The position numbers and the translations under genes were made by a program. DNA of 61,447 nucleotides, the filler included, from Sphacelaria rigidula (taxonomy: Eukaryota), in the NCBI GenBank assembly GCA_964200075.2. It is 8 parts of 8 records of this genome, joined end to end, with 100 filler letters (N's around TTAATTAATTAA, not from the genome) between each part and the next. Parts side by side here need not be neighbours in the genome. Positions count along the whole stretch, not along the records: positions 1 to 7,594 come from CAXNAA020014183.1; positions 7,695 to 15,288 come from CAXNAA020014184.1; 6 more parts are not named here. The stretch is one strand, 5' to 3'. Numbering within the stretch: the first letter of the stretch is position 1; the number at the start of each line of letters is the position of its first letter. The notes under the pieces were generated by a model. That model saw nothing but the letters and a program-made list of their open reading frames with translations. It was not told where the DNA came from and did not search any database. Positions 1-10,306 of this stretch are shown piece by piece.

Positions 1-164
1 AATGAGTTGCTTTATTGTCTGGTATCGCCACTTCCAGAGACAGCCACGGCTTATGCACTGCCTCATGGGTGCCCCGAGAGGGGGGGGGTGGGGGGGGTGA
101 TATCTCGAGACTACAGTCTCATCCGGAGGCAGGGCAGAGTGTACAATATACAAGGTTGTATTCT

Positions 165-1607
165 ATAGGGCACGATTTTTGTATACCCGGTATTTTTACC
201 CCGGTATTACCCGTACCCGACAGTTCTGTGAGATCTGTACAAAATGCTCACCTTTACCCGGGGGTACGGGTATACTCTTGTAGAAATACACGGGTGCGGG
301 TAAGGCTTCATGTACAACCTCCATACCGTACTCGACATGTTCTGTAAGTTCTGCAAGACTGTCGCACAGGTACTGACAGTTCTTCAAGTTCTACTTGAAA
401 TCCCATACCCTACCGAATATACCCGTACCCTGCAGAACACAACCTCGAAATTTTTTCCCTATTCAACCGTCACCAGGGGAATCCTAGGGGGAAGAAAAAA
501 AAAAACTACACACGAATACCGTGATGCATCGAAACACGATTCTGGAATATTTCGCGGTTATGCCCTTTTGTAGGGTACGGTTTTTACATATCTGGGGTAT
601 TTACCCGGGTATTACCCTTTTTCGGCAGGTTCTGGGAGTCTGTAAGCCTCTTATACCGGTACCCGTCAGTTATGCGAGTTCTGTAAGCCTCTCATACCGG
701 AACCCGACAGTTCTGCGGAATCTGTACGGATGTTTACCCTTACCCGTAGCACGGGTATACCCTTGTAGAAATACCTGTTGGAAGTTGAGAAACAACAGTT
801 TCGAATATTCATACTCGAGATTTACGGGAAAGCCAGTAACGGTTCATCGTTAGAATAAAGATCGTGGGAATAACCGAAGTAGTGCAATGTGTGAGATATT
901 CATCGTAGAATACTAAGTAGTTCATGTACTGTATAGCTCGTATACAGAGAGTCAGCATATTGTCAGAATATTGAAGGGTTGAATACCAAGAGTCTAAGGT
1001 ATCAACAGTTTGGATAAACAGTTTTATGGTGTACAAGAGTTTTATTGACAGTGAAATAGCCCCACGCTATTTACTCTCCAAAGCGACCCGCCTCAAGCAA
1101 GCCTATCAGCTTGATATTGGTTTCTGCGTTAATAAGGAACCAAGTGTTTTAGGAGTTTAATTCGAGTAATGCCCAGGCGAAGCGGCAAGTTTAAGCATCC
1201 TCTCTCATCGCACAAGCAAGTGTTTAACCAACACTGTGCACCCTCTGCGAGCTCTCTTGTTAGAGCTGGGTTCACAAGTTGCACCGTGTTCCTGTCGAAT
1301 TGACAGTCGAACGTTGTGTGTGATACACAAGCCACGATAACCACATATATCTTTCAACAGATTTATCAGCTTCGCGTACCAATACCCAGTTGCGGCTAAG
1401 AGTTCCTCTACATCTTCCATACCGTCACCGACAGGTTCGGTTATAGTTCTGTAAGATTTCCGTACGGTATCCGACAGTTCTGTAAGTTGTGCAAGACTCT
1501 CTTACCGATATCCAATATTTCTGTGAGTTCTGGAAGAAATGCCATCCCCTACAGAACATACCCGTAACCTACGGAACACAGCCAACGATCTTTTTGTGAA
1601 ATTCAGA
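165..1607. repeat. Two copies of a TACCCG/CGGGTA- and GTTCTGTAAG-rich repeat; the second is interrupted by a ~640 bp insertion
   Basis: 165-300 resembles 565-780, and 330-465 resembles ~1470-1605 (gttctgtaag.t.tgcaagact ... catacccgta..ct...gaacaca). 781-1420 is unrelated sequence. Boundaries approximate. Confidence 0.6.
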
Positions 1608-1813
1608 GTAGAGCGCTGATTGAGAATAGGTTTTTCCATTCGCCTTAACTGGCCAATGTTTCATTCCGTGTGTGCTTTCCTTTTCCTCTATTACTGGCGT
1701 GTGCCTACAGCTACACGTAGATATCCTACTTAAGGATACCAAGAGCTTCGGTGGCAACCTACTACAGAAAGCATATCGGGCCTCGTGGAGAGGCATTTCG
1801 GAACTGAATCGCT

Positions 1814-1882
1814 TCATTCACAAATTGACCGCTTCTCACTCTCAATCGTATCCTCTACCCTCAATCTCACGAAAACATTGTT
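1814..1882. repeat. Terminus of a dispersed element (…CTCAATCTCACGAAAACA(C/T)TGTT)
   Basis: Near-identical copies at 23083-23151 and, reverse-complemented, at 38330-38367. Confidence 0.8.
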
Positions 1883-3143
1883 AGCCTTGAATATTTACGA
1901 AGTACAGTATACCAAAAGATTATGTTAACAAAACAGTTGTATGGACACCCGATGATGCTATCAATACACATCTCATCATTGAAAGCACCGTACATATCCA
2001 ATACTGCCCCGGAGGACGGCAACATGGCAAAAACGCATGAACCATAACGAGAAAATTCTGGAGAGATTTGAACATACAGGCCGAACATTGATGAACCCTT
2101 GGATCGCGAGGGTAGTCCATCTGGATCATGCATACTTGTTTCAAGTGACATTGATGTCGACTCAGCCGGTGACCTACTCTCGCCGTCTAAGGGAAAGGTT
2201 TGGTTGACCTGCAAATTTTGTACCAGCCGCACGCCAGCTTCTCGCGGCACTGTTTCACACACATATACACTTGTGCGATGTGTCTGTTTGTGAAGAGGCG
2301 ATCAGTCGTCGATGGCCACTTGTGGTAATCACCACCTTCAACAACAGTACAGGGCAGTATTTACGCACATACACAAAGCTAATACTATTTGGTTACCGCT
2401 TGGTGCTGCAGTAACAGAGTTGCAAAGTAAGCTGTGCATACATGGATGGAGAGTGAGAAGGAGACGAATAACGGGCGTTTCAACCCTTCAATAGCGTCTA
2501 CCAGCGTTGGGCTGAAACATGTCCATGGTTGATATTTCTCCATCTGAGTGTGAAAAACGATAATCAGATCTTTAGTAGGGCTGACAGTCCCGTGCGCTCC
2601 TCGCGTGCGCAGAGTGCGTTTTCGTTGAAATCGGTGTCACAGGCGCCGATTTCGGGTCTACCAAGGCCGCACTTTGCATAGGGGACGCCACGGACCTCCC
2701 TTGCCCGAGGGTTTTCGGTATCCGTTGGGTTGGAGTTAGGGGTAGGGGTAGCGATAGTTGTAAAATGTGTCAACCATGAACATATTTTACTCCAACGCCG
2801 GTTAACCCTTAGACCGCGAGATTAGTCTTTCTGGACCATGATACTTTTTTCCACTTAAAATTGATGCCGATTCAACAGAAGCCTCCAACCCTTGCATAGC
2901 GAGGGTATGTCACCTGTTGAATCGGCATCACTCTAACTTGAAAAAAAGTACGCATGATCGAGATGGACTACCCTATCCTCGCGGTCTAATACCGCCGGAG
3001 GTGGTCCATTTGTGGATCGGCATCATTCTCAGTCATTCTTCAAGTGAAAATCATGCCGATTCACAAGTGGACCAGCTTCGGCGGTCAAGGGGTCAAAGTC
3101 ATTTTGACTTAACGTACGCCGGTGGATGTTCGCGATTTGACGG

Positions 3144-3310
3144 TTGATTGATTGATTTGATTTGATTGATTAATTGTCGCACCTCCACTGACACCCCAGG
3201 AATCCCACCGTGGTTACATGATAGATTTACCCAAGAAAAAATAAAACTGAAACACTCGCTGAAGACAAAGAAGAAACGGGAAAGTAGAACAGAACATAGT
3301 AGTCTAAGAC
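3144..3310 (-). mobile_element. Non-LTR retroelement 3' end / SINE-like dispersed repeat with (AATC)n tail
   Basis: Core gattgattgtcgcac…ccc.agg…ccgtggt..catgatagacgt…aaactcgct. Related copies at ~9085-9340, 13770-13990, 18477-18612 and 31627-31980, and in opposite orientation at ~18030-18180. Confidence 0.65.
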
Positions 3311-6300
3311 GTCAATAATAGCAATAACAATGACAATAACAATGATTAAAGAACGGTATCTAACGTGAAAGCGATCATGCGGTCAAACATACAGTACGAA
3401 GACCTTTCACACAAGCTCAGCGGTTGAAAGTACCGCGGGTATCAAGTACAGCTAGTACTACAATATTGTACCTTCTACAATGCTGCACACCTTTAGCAGA
3501 TCTTCTAAACCAAGCACGACGCCATCTCGTCTCCTTTCGTCCTCATGGTACGAAACTATCGTCATCCGCACCGTGTAATGGCCCGGACGATCCACCAATA
3601 ACCTGTGGGACGGGTGAGAGTAGCCGGATCACAAGATAGCCGAACACTCTTCGCTTTGCGAACAACGTCGTTTGTTTTCCTCAGTATCCTTTTATCACCT
3701 CTCCTTCCTCAAGACGAGTCCGTAAGTATCACGAGACCAACCCACCTCTCCCTCGATGCATGCCTGGCCTTTGAAATCGCGGATTGGATCATGACCCAAC
3801 ACTCCCGCACAGCGTGGACTCTCGTCAGATACAAATCTGCTGTTCCACGTCGTCACACTTTTACCGACCGAAATAAGATTCTTCTCACACAAGGAAAAAC
3901 GATATCTACCGAGATGTGTACCCTCAACTCTCAGTCGTAACCCTAACCGGCTATAGAGATGTGCAGTACCATGACTAGTCAGACCACCGGGATATGGTGG
4001 ATATCTACGCGGGCTCAAGAAGGCCACCTTGGCTCCCATACACAAACGCCATAAGCGATTCCACACGACACAACGGTCGTGCTTGCATTTGGCCAGACAC
4101 CCACTGGGCACTGACACAGCAACATCGGATCCACTAGAACATGACCAAAAACAGCAGGAAGCATTAGCCCCTTGGGGCGCCAGACTTCGTATGGGAGTAA
4201 TGTTTCCAGTTGATCTTCAGCGGCTGCGACCCCGACGATACAACTGCGCAGCTTCCCTTTGTTTGCAAGGACTCCTCCTGGTGACAACAACATATCGGGT
4301 ATTCCGTAGTCACCCCCTATCTCGGGCTCACGTATAGTCTTCAACCCGAAGCAAGAATAGTTTCACGTCTTTCCAGCTCCGACCTAGGGTCTCTGTCTCT
4401 GACATTTGGTGCTCAAAAGATCAAATACGCCTGTGATAACAACGACTAGACTTCCTCCGGGTTGAAGTTGTCAACACGACGGCCTGTCATCAAACACAGA
4501 CATATGTGCAGTCTTGTCGGGCATTGGTGAATGTCGTGCCAGATACAAGGTCACACTCTCGACTCGTCTTGACACAAAATGGCGGAATCCCGCTGCCCTG
4601 TACCCTGCTTTTGAACCAATCCGTGGAAGCATCGTACACTAGATGCAAGTCAGACTTACCCTGCACACGAAAATCGCATCGTGCACTGTTCGGCTCTACA
4701 TTATCCTTCCTTTCCTTCCCGGTAAAACGAGTCCTCGGAAAGGATCAGAGCTGCACATGTAGGACACGGATGTTCGTACGATATTACCGCCGCTTACCGG
4801 TAGAAAAACGTTCGGCCCTGATGCCAGCCGGCAACTGCAACACGCTGTAGCTGCTCCTTGCAAACTTGATCTCCACCTGCCACCATATCTTCGTTGGCAT
4901 GAAAAGTCGCCGGCGGGAACTGGTGATACAAAGTGTTTGGAGAACAAGTGACGCGTAGGAAAAGGTGGCTACTGTAGCGGCCATAAGTGGTACAAGTATA
5001 ATGTTCCTGCACAACGTCAAAAATATACAAGACCGACCGACCTAGACAGACATCATCAGCCGCCGCTTTGTGCATAACACAGACACCTTCAAAACCGCAG
5101 GGAATATGCACTCCTTTGGTTGACTTGAATGATAAACGATGGCGTTATATCGATGAAGTATAAAACAGGTAGCACAGACATGAAATTTCGAACGCCGTTT
5201 CGGATATAGCATGTATTGAAACTTCGAACTTCACATTTTGGATTGAAAATAATTTTTTCAGGTTTTTCGTTCACCAAGACTCATTACGGCCTCTATTTGA
5301 TCTCAAGTTTTGGGAATCGAGAGACATGAGCACCTGGATTAAGTTCCGAGAATATATATATACATGTATATTCTGGGAACAATTTTGAACGAGATACAGG
5401 TTCACCGGTCGATCGCGGTCCTCTGAGTGTAAAGCCCCCGGTTCTCGCCCTTTTACATTTTTGCTCAACCGCACCGATCCGGATCGTTATGGGGAACAAT
5501 TTAACGGGTCCACTTTATCTAACTCTCGATATTCATCGCGCTACAGTCGAAAAGCCGCGTTTTTGGACCATGTGTGGTCAATAACACCCCCCTCCCCGAC
5601 AAACGGGATTTAGTCGGCATCGCTCCGACAACCAAAATTGGGGAATGTCTCTTGAGCACGACCTGCGTCCTTCTCCAACGCCTAACGGCTCTCAAACTAT
5701 TGAGTGAAGGTGACAAGTCGCCAGAGAAAAAATCCCGATTGAATGAATACCATATTTACAGTTTGACTACTGGAAACAATGCAATACCGTAAGCTCACAG
5801 ACCGAAAGTTCAGCATCTGGAAAATGACTGGTAATAACACGCCTTGGGGACAAGAGACCTGCCGAAGACCGTATACGGTAGAAAAGGTGACTGCACAGAT
5901 ATGCCAATGCTGAGTATGACCTAGGGATAGCTAAACTGGTCACCGCTTCAACACCGTACTCTTGCTGTTTCGAAACAAGAGCACATCATATCTCTGGCTT
6001 CACTTCATTCAGGGGGAAGAATGCTGGTTTGAAAACATTGGAGGATTCTTCCTGTGCTTCCCAGACGAACGGCTAGAATTCAAAGCTCCACTATCACTTA
6101 TTGACCTGTGTTCCAATGCATGCGAGGGCTTCCATCGTGGTAATCCGACAAAAATGGAACAAAACACGAAAATATGTGTCTCAACTGATTTCAGTACCAA
6201 GGCCGAGGGGCCCCATATCGGGAAATGGCTGCACCACCGCCCCTCAGGTCGCAAAAACCTCATTCTGGGGTTGCAGGGGGGGGGGGAGGTACCCGACTTC

Positions 6301-6767
6301 ATGGGGGGGATACCCCTTGATCGCTGGATGATGGCGATAGTCGATGCTGCACTGCACCGCACGTGAATCAATCTCACGTTAATTTCGTTTCATTACTGCA
6401 GCTACCTCGATGTTGGATACTCTTTTTCACAACACCACATCCATAACATTCCCCTTTGCGACCTCTTCCCCTCTTGTGTCGCCGTGCAGTATGAGTTGCG
6501 ATATGGAGATATACGCGTTGTATGAACACGGCTGTCTGCCCAAACTCGGGCGAAGTACGTGATCATCTGCAATTCACACATCGTGCACGGCAATAATATC
6601 ACAGAAATTTCGTGTCGGGTGGTTACACCGCACAGTCAACTTACTGTAGGTACATTTCAGTCATTCAGTAGCTGTACAGAACTGCAAGTCGTACACCGCC
6701 CTCCTCAGCATGGCGGCTGTATCACTGCGCTACGACGGGCCCGCCGAGAAGCGATTCTGCAGTTTGC

Positions 6768-7040
6768 AGGCCCAGTATACGGCCAATACTTGGAGTTGGG
6801 CCCTGAAATTTGGTATGGACAATGATTAGGGCATAATTACAAAAAAAAACTTGCCCACACAAGTTTTTTTTTTCTTTTTCCATGGGTTAGGGGCATTTTA
6901 CCGATATCTGAAAACTGATTATTGCCCTCAACTCAAGAAGAAAAAAAATTGTGTGCGCCAGTAGTTTTTTTATTATGCCCTACTTATTGTCCATACCAAA
7001 TTTCAGGGTCCAACTCCGAGTATTGGCCGTATAATGGGCC
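6768..7040. repeat. Foldback inverted repeat (MITE-like), arms ~125 bp
   Basis: tatacggccaatacttggagttgggccctgaaatttggtatggacaat (~6776-6823) pairs with attgtccataccaaatttcagggtccaactccgagtattggccgtata (~6986-7033). Confidence 0.8.
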
Positions 7041-7594
7041 GTTTAGTGACAGGGTCATAAGAAATTCGGAACAGTATTTTGCAGGCCATTTACGGGCCCA
7101 CGTTTGGTGTTTGTGTAATGAAAATTCGTGATGGGTGTGGCTAGGGCATAATCAACAAAACAAAGGGGGTGAGAGGTTTTTTTTTCTTCATTGGTTTACC
7201 GCGTTTAAATATGAAGACCATTTTTTCACGAGAACGCCTGAACCTCCCTCAAAAAAAAATGAAGGCCCATTCATTTTTTATGTTTGGATTCCTCTGTGGT
7301 TCTCCATGCTGAGTTTTGAATTATAATTCTAAAACTTGAGCTAAAAAATTGATATAAGGCCCAAAAGCGGTGTTCATTTCTCCTCAAAACTGCCCCAAAA
7401 ACCCGAAAAAAATGAAAAAAAAAACGAAAAAAATGAATAAGCTGTGTTTATAAGCTATATTATGCACTAGCGGTTCTCCATACGAAATTTTAAAGCATAA
7501 CTCTCAAAAACTGAGACGCGATATCCAGGTTCAGCTAATCTAGCGCATCTGCTCGTAATATACTGATTTTAGTAAGGAAACTTATGTGCGCCAT

Positions 7595-7694
7595 NNNNNN
7601 NNNNNNNNNNNNNNNNNNNNNNNNNNNNNNNNNNNNNNTTAATTAATTAANNNNNNNNNNNNNNNNNNNNNNNNNNNNNNNNNNNNNNNNNNNN
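7595..7694. other. Artificial contig linker N44-TTAATTAATTAA-N44
   Basis: Identical 100-bp linkers at 7595, 15289, 22983, 30676, 38369, 46062 and 53755. The 12-mer carries stops in all six frames. Confidence 0.98.
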
Positions 7695-7734
7695 CTTTCC
7701 ACGGTGGAAGTCATACATTACGAAGAAAAAAGCC

Positions 7735-7808
7735 AGCGCATCGGGAATCGAACCCCCGCTCTCTCCACCCTCATGGCGATAGTCGGACCATTACACCACG
7801 GGGGCGCG
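7735..7808 (-). pseudogene. tRNA-derived sequence (SINE head or tRNA pseudogene)
   Basis: The minus strand shows an A box (TGGTGTAATGG), a B box (GGTTCGATTCC) and GCGC…GCGC ends. The acceptor and anticodon arms are imperfect. Confidence 0.6.
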
Positions 7809-10306
7809 GCGGCTTCAGGTCGCCGCACGCAGCATGAAGGACCACTTGCATTTTCGTCAATCTCGCCCACAAACCATGTAAGTAACATTCGACAAAAATG
7901 AATAATGTATTACGTCCACCACAACACAGGGAATGCATTCAGCATCGAATGTACGAGTAACCTTTGTGCCAAATTAACTCCATCAATCGCTTCATTCGTA
8001 ATTTTCTGGATCGCACAAATGTCCTCGGAGATTTTCGCCATGAGTCCTGTAGTTTCGCTGGCTATTTCGGGATATTACTACGAAAAAGCAGCGAGCAAAG
8101 CGCGCATAGACATTATACTTCTTACGAAACCGTTGTACATCGAGATCACAAAAAATGCCACCGAGGGGTGTCGTCTTTTATTCCTATTCCATGAACAAAG
8201 GGGCAGGTCCACAAACAAAGGATAACAAAAATGCGGAGTCTAGTCTATTGTCCGCATAAACAATATCCCCCCCCCCACCCCGTAAAGGACGCGTATACCG
8301 CACCTAGACGTGGCAGTCAACATTCAGGATACACTGTCCAAGCACTTCCGGTCCAACCAAGAATCAAACTACAGATCGGTTCGATGACGGCGTACTACAG
8401 TACGTCCTCCGTGCACCATGCGACCAAGGTTTCTATTTCATTGGCGCACGGTGCTGACACCGGCGGATGCGTGCACTTGTTCCACCTACTAAGGCACGAT
8501 CATGTAGCTGACTACACACGCAATACGCACGAGAACATGGGAGCAACACAATGGCTGTCACTCCCCCCGCGGGGCATCTATTCATGCACACAAAACTACA
8601 ATGGGAAAAACGTGAGGAGCACCTACTGAACAACGCACAGCATATGTATCCGACTTATAGTTTCACTCTTCGCGTAGAAGACTACTCGTACGGTACATAT
8701 GCGGCGCACGTCTCCCTCTATAGACGTTGCATGTATTCGCGAGCTGTTTCCTGTGATACTGGAGACTAAATAGCAGATGACCGAGTCTACAACACAACAC
8801 GTGTACACTCATCTGCACTGCTGGTGTGTGGTATCGACACTTTTCAAGTCGCATCTCACTCGAGGGCTCTACAACATACATGTTTACGATAAAGCACACG
8901 GCTGCTGCCACTCCTTTGCACATGGGGATGCGAAACAAACTGTGGAAAAAGCCGGGGCACTGAAAGACTACACAGCCAGATAATCTGGACAAGAAAACTA
9001 CGCTTGCTTCAAACGATTTCGTGACACAATACGCAACCTTCGACTAGCAACGCAACACAGTTCTGCACACTAAAGAAGAGTCTGAGATTGATTGTCGCAC
9101 CTTCTCTGTCCCCCAAGTTTTTCAGCCGTTGGTCAAATGATAGACGTAACCGACCTAACAACAAATGGAAACACTCGCTGAGAAAAAGCGAAGAATAACA
9201 GAAACAAAAACGAACAAATGAGTAGACTAAGAAAAGAAAAAAGGGTGGGAAAAAAAAGGAAAAAAAAGAAGAAGAAGGAAACAACAGAACAAAACCAAGA
9301 CAAAACAAGACAAAACTAGAATGGCCGGTGGCCGACCTCTGCAACATGGCTTCGGCGGAAGACATCTTGCGCAAAAAAACATATTCATACCCAGTCGTGA
9401 AGAAACAAAAAGTCATGGGGGCCGATTGCGGCTCATCTATATCTACCCTATTATGTTTGGTGTGAAGGTCTCATCCATGGATTCCTATGGAAGCGAGGCA
9501 CCAACCTGCTACTTGAGGGAGTGGGCTGTTTAGTATTGGTGCCAATGCGGTTTCCCTCATGATCACTAGAATTTGTTCCGTCACAAATTTATTTCATCAC
9601 GCGGGCTGCTCCGCAAACCACAAGCGTGGGTGGACACTCCACCAACCCCCGTTCTCCACACTTCAAGTAGATGTCGAAAACTGTCGATCCCTGAGCATAC
9701 CTCGAGCCAATCGAAATGGAACATCCCGAAGGGTTGTTTGGAAAAGATGTGTGCTCGTCCTTCAAGAGAACCCCTGGCTTACTGAAGTAAATACAGACAA
9801 AAAACAAAGCTCAAACTACACTCTACGCCATTTATCAAAACACCAATATTATCCTCGGGTCAAGCAAGGTGTGGTGAGCACACGCTTGGCAAGCACCTAG
9901 GATATCTGGACACGGAGACGGTCAATTGACATAGATGATAAAGCCATCGCGTGGATAGCATCGAGCGTGACGACCATTTTTCAGGCTGTCAACACAGCGG
10001 GATTGGTACCAACCAGCAGGTCCTCCAGACTCTTTACGCTGACGCCCGATCACTCCCGACGTGGCGAGAGCTCGTCAGACAGTGGTAATCGACCGGTACC
10101 GTAGGCGCCGCACACAAGACAAAACCGAAGCTACTTTCATAAGTCGTGAAAGCTTCAACGCGCACGCTACTTGACAGCCGAGACTTGCCTTCAACGCAGT
10201 GCGCGAGGAGCCATCTGGATATATTTTCCCTCATCCCATCCTTACCCAGAATTCCACATTTCAATTGGTTCTTCTTACTCTTTTCTTCGCCCTCTGGCTC
10301 AGACGG

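Noticed and set aside
3695-5111. Cluster of 100-140 aa ORFs in contig 1
   Set aside because: No recognisable motifs or consistent splice structure, so probably chance ORFs or decayed TE sequence.
7595-7694. TTAATTAATTAA palindromes recurring every ~7.7 kb
   Set aside because: Synthetic six-frame-stop linker embedded in Ns, not biological periodicity.
7735-7808. Functional tRNA gene
   Set aside because: A and B boxes are present but the acceptor and anticodon stems do not pair properly.
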